Origin: Haloarculaceae archaeon
GTDB lineage: Archaea > Halobacteriota > Halobacteria > Halobacteriales > Haloarculaceae
Direction: 5' to 3'
DNA length: 32,219 bases
NCBI GenBank assembly: GCA_028274885.1
Contig: JAQCMX010000171.1
Span: forward strand, 1-32,219
The notes beneath the pieces were generated by a model. That model made no database searches. It saw only the letters and a list, made by a program, of their open reading frames with translations, and was not told the origin of the DNA. The position numbers and the translations under genes are program-made. Positions 17,618 through 27,342 of the stretch are shown piece by piece (within the stretch, counting starts at the first letter, position 1; each line of letters starts with the position of its first letter).

Positions 17618-18001
17618 ATGGAACCCAAAGATCACCATCCGCTTGCGCCGCTCGTATCGACAGGTATCACCGCCGCCACGCTGTTCGTCGCATTCGGGCT
17701 GATGAGCATAGGCATCGAGTCTTTCTGGGTCGTCTTCGTCGTGGGCTTTGGCGGCCTCCTCCCGATCTCTCTGGGACTTCTGGAGTACCGTCGACGCGAA
17801 CGCACCTGCCGACGTGAGCGCAGTGATTCCGACACCGCACTCGCGAAACTCCGGGAACGGTACGTCCGCGGCGAAATCACCGAAACCGAATTCGAGCAAC
17901 GCGTGGAAAACCTCATGGAAACCCCCGCCAGTGCGCACGAGCGCACGGACATCTCCGGGGTCCGAACAGAGACTGGTCGGGAACGGACGGGTAGTGACTG
18001 A
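17618..18001 (+). CDS. Membrane protein with SHOCT domain
   Basis: Two hydrophobic helices followed by ALAKLRERYVRGEITETEFEQR (SHOCT pattern). Confidence 0.85.
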   Translation: MEPKDHHPLAPLVSTGITAATLFVAFGLMSIGIESFWVVFVVGFGGLLPISLGLLEYRRRERTCRRERSDSDTALAKLRERYVRGEITETEFEQRVENLMETPASAHERTDISGVRTETGRERTGSD

Positions 18002-18110
18002 TAGTGATTAGTGCGAGTCTTTACCGCCATGCTGGAAGAGGATATCGGGGACACGCTGTGAGATGTCGATCTCTGGGATGGGAGCACAAAATAACCGCAC
18101 TAATGACTAT
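18001..18110. mobile_element. MITE-like element, 110 bp, with 15-bp terminal inverted repeats
   Basis: ATAGTGATTAGTGCG (18001-18015) versus CGCACTAATGACTAT (18096-18110): 14/15 complementary. Non-coding interior between convergent genes. No clear target-site duplication. Confidence 0.5.
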
Positions 18111-18173
18111 GAGGGTTCGTCGCAATGAGAACGGTCGGGACCCTTGATCTGATCATCTCAACCCGAACCCGAT

Positions 18174-18884
18174 TCACGCCTCACCGTAGACCGGGACGGC
18201 TGCGCCGCTTGTGACACTCGCCGCGTCGCTACAGAGAAAACAGATAACATCGCCGATGTCACCGGGATCGACCCAGGCTTCGTGGTCGGAATCCGGCATC
18301 ATCTCCCGGTTCATGGGTGTATCAATGACGCTTGGCATGACGGCGTTTGCCCGAACAGTCCCCCGGTTTTCCTCGGCGATCGTCTCGGTCAGCAGCCGGA
18401 CGCCTGCCTTTGTCCCACGGTAGAGCCCGTCCCCTTTGCCCCCTTCGAGCGAGGAGCGTGCGGAGACACTGACGATCGCGCCCTCACGCTCTCGGATCGC
18501 AGGCAGAGCGTGTTTCGATGCCAGAAACATCGTCTTGAGATTCACGTCGAAGAGGAAATCGAAGGTCTCCGCGTCGGTTTCGTGGATCGGGTTCCCACCA
18601 CGCCAGGTTCCTGCGATGTTGGCAAGGTAGTCGAGACCGCCGTGTGAGTCGATGACCCCGTCGACGGTCTCGGCCACGACCGACTCCTCGGTAAAGTCAC
18701 CCTCGTAGAAGTCGATCCGGTCGGGGTCCTCGAGCAGGAAGTCCTCGCTTTCTTTCGGGACGATGTCTGCCCCACAGACTGTCGCACCCGCGTCCAGAAA
18801 CGACTCCGCGACGGCACTCCCGAGCGCGCCGCCGACTCCCGTGACCAGTACGATCTTGTCGCCGAAACCAAACCGAACGGACAT
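18174..18884 (-). CDS. Short-chain dehydrogenase/reductase (SDR)
   Basis: VLVTGVGGALG, NIAG, SVSA, catalytic YRGTK (YxxxK), NAVMPSVIDTPMN. TTTTATT TATA about 25-30 nt upstream of ATG 18884. Confidence 0.92.
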   Translation of the reverse strand: MSVRFGFGDKIVLVTGVGGALGSAVAESFLDAGATVCGADIVPKESEDFLLEDPDRIDFYEGDFTEESVVAETVDGVIDSHGGLDYLANIAGTWRGGNPIHETDAETFDFLFDVNLKTMFLASKHALPAIREREGAIVSVSARSSLEGGKGDGLYRGTKAGVRLLTETIAEENRGTVRANAVMPSVIDTPMNREMMPDSDHEAWVDPGDIGDVICFLCSDAASVTSGAAVPVYGEA

Positions 18885-19052
18885 ATCCGCCTTTGTGACC
18901 GCATCCCAATAAAAGGCGTTCCCGGTCTCACGACATCGCGGTTCCCACGGGGATTTACTATCGCCCGCCGACCTACGGGCGCGCTCTCGCCGGCGACCAC
19001 TCGACAGCATCGCACGCTCTCATGACGTAGCAGCGGTTCCATCGGGTCACTA

Positions 19053-21536
19053 TCAACCGGTCACCTGTTCTTGCCAGTCGCGGAGTTTGTCAGGGGTGAC
19101 CCCCTGGACCCGGTCGGCGACGGATTGGATGTCGACATCCACGAGATCCGCCGGCGCGTTGACCCCTGCATCCGTGAGCTTCTCGGCGGTCTTCCGGCCG
19201 ATGCCGTCGATATCTTCCAGATCGTCGATCGCCTGCTCGGCCTGGTACTCCCGGTAGTTGCAGATCGGACAGCCCAGTTCCCAGGGGTCGCCGTCGCCGT
19301 CGTGGAGGTGCAGTTCAGGCAGGTTGTGATCCACACAGCGGTCGCTTGTGACCTCGACATCCCCGCGCCGGGGGAGCGGGAGCGAGTACTCACAGTTGGG
19401 ATATCTGGTACAGCCGACCAGCCGCGATCCCGACCGGAGCTGTTTGATTGCGAGCTCACCCCCTGACCCCTCGCCACACGCCGGACAGGCACCGATTATC
19501 GTGTCCTCGGCCGCCTCGGCCTCGGCGGCTGCACACCGCGGACAGCCATGGACGAAGGTGTCACGTCCGGCGAGCATCTTCAGATGGCGCATGTCGTGGA
19601 GTTCACACGCGTCTTCGAGCACCAGCGGTTCGCCCGTGCTTGGCAACGGGAGTGTGTACCGACAGTCCGGGAAGCCATCGCAGCCGACAAAGTACGATCC
19701 CTGTTGGCTCTGCCGGACGAGCAGGTCCGCTCCACACTCCGGACACGGGCCGAGTATGCGGTCGGCCTTGAGTGACTCCTGGAGGTGGTCACCGATATTC
19801 TCCCGTGATTCCCTGAGCGCCTCGAAGACCCGTCGGAGCATCTCGCGGGACTCCCCGGTGACCTCTGTCAGGGCCGCCTCCCCCTCCGCGATGGCGGCCA
19901 TATCTGCCTCTAGCTGGGCGGTCATCTCGTCGCTGACGACCAGATCGGCGTACGTTTCGGCTGCTTCGACGACCGCCGCTGCAAGCGCCGTGGGACGGGG
20001 CGGATCGTCCTCGACATAGCCGCGGTCGTAGAGTTTCTCGATAACGTTGTGTCGGGTTGCCTTCGTGCCCAACCCCATCTCCTCCATCTTTTTGATGAGC
20101 CGGGACTGGCCGTACCGCCGTGGTGGCTGGGTTTCTTTCTCTTCGAACCTGACCGCCGAGATGTCGAGCGATTCCCCTCGTTGGACGTCCGGAACGTGGT
20201 TTTCGCTCGTGCTGCCGTAGGGGTAGACGGCGTGGTAGCCCTCTTCGAGCAGTCGCTTTCCGTTGGCCTTGAGCCGACAGTCGTTCGCCTCGGCAACGAC
20301 GCGCAGGTGCTCCCAGGTTGCAGGTTCGGCGACGGTGGCTAAAAACCGCCGCACGACGAGTTCGAAGATCTCCCACTCGTCGTCTCCGAGTTCGCCACGA
20401 TCCGGAAGTTCGCCGGTTGGGTGGATTGGCGGATGGTCTGTGGTCTCCTCCTCGCCACGGGTCGGTTCGATCTCCCGACCTGTGCGTAGCGATTCGGCAT
20501 CGGAGCCAAACGCCTGACTGCCGGCCAACGCATCGAGCAGTTCGACCGGTTCGAGATCGTCCGGGTAGACCGTGTTGTCCGTCCGAGGATATGTGACGTA
20601 GCCGGCGGTGTAAAGCGTTTCTCCTATCGACATGGCGCGTTGAGCCGAGTACCCGAGCGAACCGGCTGCGCTGATGAAAGCGGTCGTATTGAACGGCTCC
20701 GGTGGGGTGTCCGTCCGGGTTCGCCGGCTGACCCCAGTGACCTCCGTCGCGGTTGCGTTTCCCAACCTGTTGTTGACCTCCCCTGCCTGCGTTTCGTCCC
20801 AGACACGCTCTGCCTCTGTGCCATCGTCCTCGTAGAAGTACTGGGCTTCGAAGGTGTCTCCGTCCCTCTCGAGGGTGGCAAACAGCTCCCAGTAGGTCTC
20901 GGGATCGAACGCCTCGATCTCCCGTTCGCGGTCCACGATGAGCTTCAACGTCGGCGACTGGACGCGTCCGACCGAGATGAAATCGTTTCCAAGCTGGTGG
21001 GCCGACAGCGAGAGAAAGCGGGTCAACGCTGCGCCCCACACCAGATCGATCACCTGGCGGGCCTCGCCAGCGGCCGCAAGGTCGAAATCCACCTGTGTCG
21101 GGTCGGCAAACGCCTCCCGAACCTCGTTTTCCGTGATCGAGGAGAACCGAACACGTTCGATCGGCCCGTCGACCGTGTCTTCGATGAGTTCGTAGGCCTC
21201 CTTGCCGATGAGCTCCCCCTCCCGGTCGTAGTCGGTCGCGATGATGGCGCTATCGGCCCGACCTGCAAGCTCTTCCAGTGTGTGGACGATGTTCTCCTGT
21301 GTAGTTTCTTTGACAATCTCGGCGTCGATGAGTTCGACGGGTTCGACGTCGCGCCAGTTCTCGTACTCCGCGGGAAAATCGACCCCGACGACGTGCCCGG
21401 AGAGGCCGACCACACCTCTGTCCCCCCATCGGTAGACGTTTACCCCGTTCTGACGCGTGGTCCGTGTTGCTCCGTCGCTCAGTATCTCTGCGATTCGTCG
21501 CGCCGCATTGTCCTTTTCGGTGATTATCAGTTGCAT
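19053..21536 (-). CDS. topA: Type IA DNA topoisomerase with C-terminal zinc ribbons and HhH
   Basis: TOPRIM LIITEK, ATDYDREGELIG, SVGRVQSPTL, catalytic TYPRTD, LGTKATR, Cys-rich C-terminal repeats and HhH IDGIGRKTAEKL. Confidence 0.96.
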   Translation of the reverse strand: MQLIITEKDNAARRIAEILSDGATRTTRQNGVNVYRWGDRGVVGLSGHVVGVDFPAEYENWRDVEPVELIDAEIVKETTQENIVHTLEELAGRADSAIIATDYDREGELIGKEAYELIEDTVDGPIERVRFSSITENEVREAFADPTQVDFDLAAAGEARQVIDLVWGAALTRFLSLSAHQLGNDFISVGRVQSPTLKLIVDREREIEAFDPETYWELFATLERDGDTFEAQYFYEDDGTEAERVWDETQAGEVNNRLGNATATEVTGVSRRTRTDTPPEPFNTTAFISAAGSLGYSAQRAMSIGETLYTAGYVTYPRTDNTVYPDDLEPVELLDALAGSQAFGSDAESLRTGREIEPTRGEEETTDHPPIHPTGELPDRGELGDDEWEIFELVVRRFLATVAEPATWEHLRVVAEANDCRLKANGKRLLEEGYHAVYPYGSTSENHVPDVQRGESLDISAVRFEEKETQPPRRYGQSRLIKKMEEMGLGTKATRHNVIEKLYDRGYVEDDPPRPTALAAAVVEAAETYADLVVSDEMTAQLEADMAAIAEGEAALTEVTGESREMLRRVFEALRESRENIGDHLQESLKADRILGPCPECGADLLVRQSQQGSYFVGCDGFPDCRYTLPLPSTGEPLVLEDACELHDMRHLKMLAGRDTFVHGCPRCAAAEAEAAEDTIIGACPACGEGSGGELAIKQLRSGSRLVGCTRYPNCEYSLPLPRRGDVEVTSDRCVDHNLPELHLHDGDGDPWELGCPICNYREYQAEQAIDDLEDIDGIGRKTAEKLTDAGVNAPADLVDVDIQSVADRVQGVTPDKLRDWQEQVTG

Positions 21537-21659
21537 CCGGCGCTCACCTGGTTACTACGCCGGGGTAAGCCGGGAACCCATCTAAAACCTTTCGCACCCA
21601 CCGGTGTACCGGGGTACACACACACAGATCTACCCCCGTAAATAACGTTTCGAAGATCC

Positions 21660-23141
21660 TCATCCCGACAGTTCCTCGTGCAACCGCTCGTTGACCTCGC
21701 TCGGGTCAGCGCTACCGCCGGTCCGTTGCATCACCTGCCCGACCAGGAAATTGATCGCGCCATCTTCGCCGCTGTGATAATCCTCGACTGCGCCCGGGTT
21801 TTCCTCGAGTGCCGATTCGACCGCCTGCTGGATCTCGTCCCCGCTCGATTTGCCGAGCCCCTCCCGCTCGACTATACTGTCGGGACCGATCCCCTCGTCC
21901 AGCATCGCACGTAGGACAGTTTCGCGGGCATTTTTTGCGGTTATCTCCTCGGCAGCCACGAGTTCCACCAGCCGCTCGATCTCGTCGAGACGGCCCTCGA
22001 TGTCGGTGACCACCATATCCCGATAGTTCAGTTCGCCGAGAAGTTCGTCCGCAACCCAGGTGGCGGCCAGTCCGGGATCGAACTCACTTGCGACGGCTTC
22101 GTAGAAATCTGCCACCTGCTTGGTGCTCGTGAGTTTGTCCGCCGCCTCCTCGCTCAGGCCGTACTCGTTCCGAAACCGTTTCCGGCGGGCATCGGGCAGC
22201 TCCGGAATCTCGATCTGTTCCCGCCGGTCTGCGACCCGAAGCGGCGGGAGATCGGCCTCGCCGAAGTACCGGTAGTCCTTTTCCTCCTCTTTCGACCGCA
22301 TCGACACCGTGATCCCGCGTGATTCGTCCCAGTGGCGCGTCTCCTGCTCGACCGCTCGACCGCGTTCGATCGCGTTTTTTTGCCGCTGGGCCTCGTATGC
22401 GAGGGCCTTCTGTGCCCCCTTGTGGCTGGAGATGTTTTTTATCTCTGTGCGGTTGGCCGCCTCGAGAACGCTCTTTTCGATCCCGTCGTCGCCGTCGACA
22501 TCCTCGGTCTCGACCACGGAGAGGTTGGCGTCGACCCGCAGGCTGCCGTCCCGGGAGGGGTCGAAGACACCGAGATACCCGAGGACCTCCTCGAGTTTGG
22601 CGAGAAACGCTCGAACCTCCTCGGCACCGCGAAAATCCGGTTCCGTGACGATCTCGAGCAGCGCAACACCAGCCCGGTTGTAATCCACGAGTGTGTAGTC
22701 GGCGCTGTCGATCGAACCGCCCCTGTGCCGCAGACTCCCCGGGTCCTCCTCGAGGTGGGCCCGTTCGATGCCCACGGTTCGGCGCTGGTCCCCCACCGTA
22801 CATTCGAGTTCCCCGTCCTGGCAGATCGGTGCATCGTACTGCGTGATCTGGAAGTTCTTCGGTAGATCCGGATAGTAGTAGTTTTTCCGGTGAAAACGGG
22901 TCTGCTCGGGGATGTCTGCGTTGATGGCCTTGCCGACCTTCAGGGCTGCCTCGACGGCCCCTTCGTTGAGAACCGGGAGGGCCCCGGGAAGCCCCAGACA
23001 GACCGGACAGGTTTGCGTGTTGGGCTCCTCGGCGGGGGCGGTCGAGCACCCACAAAAGATCTTGGTGTCGGTCTCCAATTGGACGTGTACCTCCAGCCCG
23101 ATCACCACCGCGAGATCACCCTGTGACTGTGCTTGTGCCAT
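21660..23141 (-). CDS. gatB: Asp-tRNA(Asn)/Glu-tRNA(Gln) amidotransferase subunit B
   Basis: IGLEVHVQL, CPVCLGLPGALP, RKNYYYPDLPK, DYNRAG..LLEIVTEPD, RSKEEEKDYRYF, FLVGQVM. Confidence 0.96.
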   Translation of the reverse strand: MAQAQSQGDLAVVIGLEVHVQLETDTKIFCGCSTAPAEEPNTQTCPVCLGLPGALPVLNEGAVEAALKVGKAINADIPEQTRFHRKNYYYPDLPKNFQITQYDAPICQDGELECTVGDQRRTVGIERAHLEEDPGSLRHRGGSIDSADYTLVDYNRAGVALLEIVTEPDFRGAEEVRAFLAKLEEVLGYLGVFDPSRDGSLRVDANLSVVETEDVDGDDGIEKSVLEAANRTEIKNISSHKGAQKALAYEAQRQKNAIERGRAVEQETRHWDESRGITVSMRSKEEEKDYRYFGEADLPPLRVADRREQIEIPELPDARRKRFRNEYGLSEEAADKLTSTKQVADFYEAVASEFDPGLAATWVADELLGELNYRDMVVTDIEGRLDEIERLVELVAAEEITAKNARETVLRAMLDEGIGPDSIVEREGLGKSSGDEIQQAVESALEENPGAVEDYHSGEDGAINFLVGQVMQRTGGSADPSEVNERLHEELSG

Positions 23142-23426
23142 TACCCCGCGGTTTGCCTCCGGACGGCTAAAGCCTGACGCACCGTCTGTTTGTATTCGGG
23201 ACGACAACCTCGGGGTGGGTGCACCCCGGGCGGGGAGGACGGTCGCCAGTTCGGTACAACGGAGGTGGTCCTATTTAATTATCGATAAGTAAGAAGGTAT
23301 AATACGAATTCGTTCGACCGTCTCACATGCCAGGGGCAACACCACAGCGGCTTCAACAGTTTCTGTGGCCTGCAGCGCAACTGGCCTGGGGGTCGTATTC
23401 GATTCCGGATCAATGTCTGACGTACG

Positions 23427-23434
23427 TTTATATA
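23427..23434 (+). promoter_or_regulatory. TATA box of the small gene-smc-scpA operon
   Basis: TTTATATA 24-31 nt upstream of ATG 23458 (leaderless geometry). Confidence 0.7.
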
Positions 23435-23457
23435 CTGTGAGTAAAACTATGGTATAC

Positions 23458-23727
23458 ATGTGCGGGAACAGAGTGGATGAACTCGAATCGCGGGTCAAGG
23501 AACTTGAGGCGTCAGTTGAGGGGTTGACGGACGAACTCGTCGAGTGCAAGGTGAGACTGCGTGAACTGGAGAGCGCGGTCGACGACGACCTGGGACTCGT
23601 GCCGTCGCCGGACGAACCCACGACCGAGGTGTCCGAATCGCCGGATGCGGCCGAAGCAACTAAACCAGAGGCGTCCGACCCGGAGGATAACACGGAGGAA
23701 ACGGACAGCGAAATCATCATCGCGTGA
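23458..23727 (+). CDS. Small coiled-coil protein with acidic tail, first gene of the smc operon
   Basis: Heptad pattern NRVDELESRVKELEASVEGLTDELVECKVRLRELE, acidic Pro-rich linker, hydrophobic end SEIIIA. Stop is 27 nt before the smc ATG. Confidence 0.85.
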   Translation: MCGNRVDELESRVKELEASVEGLTDELVECKVRLRELESAVDDDLGLVPSPDEPTTEVSESPDAAEATKPEASDPEDNTEETDSEIIIA

Positions 23728-23754
23728 GGGGCCAGCTCCTCCGCGCGCATCTCA

Positions 23755-26700
23755 ATGTATATCAAAGAGCTCGTCCTCGATAAGTTCAAAAGTTTCGGCC
23801 GGAAGACACGAATCCCGCTGTACGAGGATTTCACGACCATCGCCGGCCCGAACGGCTCGGGAAAGTCAAACGTTATCGACTCGATTCTTTTCGCGCTCGG
23901 ACTCACCCGTACCTCGGGTATCCGGGCGGAGAAACTCACAGATCTGATCTACGACCCCGGTCACCAGGAGGGGGAGTCGTTCAAAGGGGAGCGGGAGGCC
24001 AGCGTGATGGTCATCCTCGACAACACCGAGCGAACCCTCGACCGGGCGCAGGTGGTCAACGCCGCCGGGACCGAGGACGTTGGCGATGTTGACGAGATTG
24101 CGATCAAGCGACGGATCAAGGAGACAGCCGAGAACTACTATTCGTACTACTACATCAACAGCCGGTCGGTCAACCTCTCTGACATCCAGGAGCTGCTCGC
24201 ACAGGCCGGTGTTACCCCAGAAGGATACAACGTCGTCATGCAGGGTGACGTCACGGAGATCATCAATATGACCCCAGGCAACCGCCGGCAGATAATCGAC
24301 GAGATCGCCGGTGTCGCCCAGTTCGACGCACAGAAATCGGATGCCTTCGAGGAACTCGACGTTGTCGAGGATCGGATCGACGAGGCTGAATTACGGATCG
24401 AGGAGAAAGAAAACCGGCTCGACCAGCTCGAAGACGAGCGCCAAACTGCCCTGCAGTACCAGGAATTACGGGACGAAAAGGAAACCTACGAAGGGTACCG
24501 CAAGGCCGCACAGCTCGAGGGCAAACGCGAACAGCTAGCCACCGTCGAGGACGAAATCGAGGCGCATCAGGACACCCTCGTGGATCGTCAGGAGACGCTC
24601 GACGACCGCCAGAGCGAACTGATGGAACTGGAGAGCGAACTCGAGGAGCTCAACGCCGAAATCGAGCACAAAGGCGAGGACGAACAGCTCGCGATCAAAC
24701 GCGAACTCGAGGAGATCAAAGGCGACATCTCGCGTCTCGAGGACAAAATCGAGAACGAAAACGAGCGCGTCGATGCGGCCGAAAACGAGCGACGGCAGGC
24801 CTTCGTCAAGATCGACCGCAAGCAGGAGACGATCGACGACTTCGAGCGCCGGATTCGCGAGACCAAAGTCGAGAAATCCTCGCTCGCCGCGGACATTCAG
24901 GACAAAGAGGACACACTCGAGGACGTCGAAAGCCGAATGGACGAGATCGGTACGGAATACGAGGCGATCAAAGAGAAACTACAGGCAAAAAAGAAGGATT
25001 TAGAGGCGGCGAAGTCAGAGAAGAACGACCTCCAGCGCGAACAGGACCGTCTCATCGACGACGCGCGTCGTCGGTCCAACGAGCACCGCGAGATCACAGC
25101 CGAGATCGACGAGGCCAGCCAACAGATCCCGGACCTGCAAGCCGAGATCGACGATCTCACCGACGAACTCGCGAAAGCCGAACGGAACCGGGAGTCAATC
25201 GCGGACGTGGTCGATGATCTGCGTGCGGAAAAAGGCGAGTACAGGACACAACTCGACGACATCGAGGACCAGTTGAACGCCGCCCAGCAGGAGTACGCCG
25301 AACTGGAGGCCAAAGCCGGCGACTCCGGTGACTCCTCGTTCGGGCGGGCGGTCTCAGCGATCCTGAACGCCGACGTGGATGGTGTCCACGGGGCTGTCGC
25401 GCAACTCGGTAGCGTTCCAGCCGAGTACGCAACTGCCTGTGAGACCGCTGCAGGTGGGCGACTCGCAAACGTCGTCGTCGACGACGACGGCGTCGGACAG
25501 CACTGCATCGAGTACCTGAAATCCCGCAACGCCGGCCGCGCAACGTTTCTGCCTCTCACGGAGATGCAACGTCGCTCTCTCCCCTCTCTCCCTGCTCGTG
25601 ACGGCGTTGTCGACTTCGCCTACAACCTCGTCGACTTCGAGGGGGCGTACGCAGGCATCTTTTCGTACGTGCTCGGCGATACACTGGTCGTCGAGGACAT
25701 CCAGACCGCGCGGGATCTGATGGGGCAGTTTCGACTGGTAACCCTCGATGGCGATCTCGCTGAAAAGTCCGGTGCGATGACCGGTGGTTCCAAGAGCGGT
25801 TCGCGGTACTCCTTTGCCGGCGGCGAGGGGAAACTCGAGCGGATCGCGGCCCGTATCAACGATCTCGAGGAGCAACGCCAGTCGGTCCGCGGACAGCTTC
25901 GTGATGTCGAGGACCGTCTCGAGGATGCCCGGGACAAGGAGTCGGAGGCGTCGAATCAGGTCCGCGAGATCGAGGCGGAGATCGAGAAACGCGAGGCTGA
26001 AATCGAAGAGACCGAAGACCACATCGCGGATCTGGAGGTAACTCTGTCGGAGATCGAGAGCAAACGCGATGAGGTTTCCGACGAGATGGATACACTGGAG
26101 GCCGACATCGTCGAAAAGAACGACGAGATCGCCGAGATCGAGGCGACAATCACCGACCTCGAGACGAAGGTCGAAGACTCCGAGCTTCCGGAGTTGACCG
26201 CGCGGGCGGAGTCACTCCGGGAGGACATCGACGATCTCCAGTCCCAGACGGACGATCTCGATGCCGATCTCAACGAGTACCAACTCGAGAAAGAGTACGC
26301 CGAGGAGGCGATCGAGGATCTTCACGACACCATCGAGAGGGCCCAGGAGCGAAAGACCGACGCCCAGGATCGAATCGAGGACTTCCACGGGCAGATCGAA
26401 CAGAAAGAGGCAACGCTCGAAGCCAAGGAGGCCGAGGTCGCGGAGTTAGAGGCCGAACTCGCGGAGCTAAAGGAGAGGCGCGGGGAGCTACGCGAGACGG
26501 TGGCTACCGCTCGGGAGCGACGTGACGAGGCCCGCGAGGCGGTCGAGGCAGTCGAAACTGAGCTCGCAGATCTACGCGAGGAGACCGACCGCCTCGCCTG
26601 GGAGATCGAGGAACTCGAAAACGATGTCGGCGAGTACGACCCTGCCGAGATCCCTGCCCACGACGAACTCGAAACGGAGATTCGTCGCTTAGAGGGGGAA

Positions 26701-27342
26701 ATGGAGAGGCTCGAACCGGTCAATATGCTCGCAATCGAGGAGTACGACCGCGTGCAGGCCGACCTCGAGGACCTCACGGAGCGCAAGGACACACTCGTCG
26801 AGGAGGCAAACGGGATCCGCGACCGGATCGCGACCTACGAAGCACGCAAAAAGGAGACGTTCATGGATGCCTACGAGGAGATCAACGCCCAGTTCCAGGA
26901 CATCTTCGAACGTCTCTCGAGCGGTACCGGTCGGCTCCACCTCGAGAACGAGGCCGATCCATTCGAGGGCGGACTGACGATGAAAGCCCAGCCCGGCGAC
27001 AAGCCAATCCAGCGCCTCGACGCGATGAGCGGCGGGGAAAAGTCCCTCACAGCACTCGCGTTCGTCTTTGCAATCCAGCGACACAACCCCGCCCCATTCT
27101 ACGCACTCGACGAGGTCGACGCGTTCCTGGATGCGGCAAACGCCGATCTCGTCGGCGAGATGGTCGACGAACTCGCAAGCGAGGCCCAGTTTGTCGTCGT
27201 CTCGCACCGTTCGGCGATGCTCGACCGGTCCGAACGGGCAATCGGCGTCACGATGCAAGACGGGAACGTCTCGGCGGTGACGGGGATCGACCTCTCCGGC
27301 GACGATCCGGATTCGATGACGGAGGCGCCTGCGGATGACTGA
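23755..27342 (+). CDS. smc: Chromosome segregation protein Smc
   Basis: FKSF, Walker A GPNGSGKSN, Q-loop VMQGD, hinge GVHGAVAQLG...GRATFLPL...GAMTGG, signature MSGGEKS, Walker B ALDEVDAFLD. 1195 aa with long coiled coils. Confidence 0.98.
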   Translation: MYIKELVLDKFKSFGRKTRIPLYEDFTTIAGPNGSGKSNVIDSILFALGLTRTSGIRAEKLTDLIYDPGHQEGESFKGEREASVMVILDNTERTLDRAQVVNAAGTEDVGDVDEIAIKRRIKETAENYYSYYYINSRSVNLSDIQELLAQAGVTPEGYNVVMQGDVTEIINMTPGNRRQIIDEIAGVAQFDAQKSDAFEELDVVEDRIDEAELRIEEKENRLDQLEDERQTALQYQELRDEKETYEGYRKAAQLEGKREQLATVEDEIEAHQDTLVDRQETLDDRQSELMELESELEELNAEIEHKGEDEQLAIKRELEEIKGDISRLEDKIENENERVDAAENERRQAFVKIDRKQETIDDFERRIRETKVEKSSLAADIQDKEDTLEDVESRMDEIGTEYEAIKEKLQAKKKDLEAAKSEKNDLQREQDRLIDDARRRSNEHREITAEIDEASQQIPDLQAEIDDLTDELAKAERNRESIADVVDDLRAEKGEYRTQLDDIEDQLNAAQQEYAELEAKAGDSGDSSFGRAVSAILNADVDGVHGAVAQLGSVPAEYATACETAAGGRLANVVVDDDGVGQHCIEYLKSRNAGRATFLPLTEMQRRSLPSLPARDGVVDFAYNLVDFEGAYAGIFSYVLGDTLVVEDIQTARDLMGQFRLVTLDGDLAEKSGAMTGGSKSGSRYSFAGGEGKLERIAARINDLEEQRQSVRGQLRDVEDRLEDARDKESEASNQVREIEAEIEKREAEIEETEDHIADLEVTLSEIESKRDEVSDEMDTLEADIVEKNDEIAEIEATITDLETKVEDSELPELTARAESLREDIDDLQSQTDDLDADLNEYQLEKEYAEEAIEDLHDTIERAQERKTDAQDRIEDFHGQIEQKEATLEAKEAEVAELEAELAELKERRGELRETVATARERRDEAREAVEAVETELADLREETDRLAWEIEELENDVGEYDPAEIPAHDELETEIRRLEGEMERLEPVNMLAIEEYDRVQADLEDLTERKDTLVEEANGIRDRIATYEARKKETFMDAYEEINAQFQDIFERLSSGTGRLHLENEADPFEGGLTMKAQPGDKPIQRLDAMSGGEKSLTALAFVFAIQRHNPAPFYALDEVDAFLDAANADLVGEMVDELASEAQFVVVSHRSAMLDRSERAIGVTMQDGNVSAVTGIDLSGDDPDSMTEAPADD

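Noticed and set aside
24300-26900. Repetitive GAG/GAC-rich DNA in smc as a tandem repeat or CRISPR-like array
   Set aside because: It reflects Glu/Asp-rich coiled-coil coding. I saw no fixed-length repeat-spacer pattern here or elsewhere in the window.
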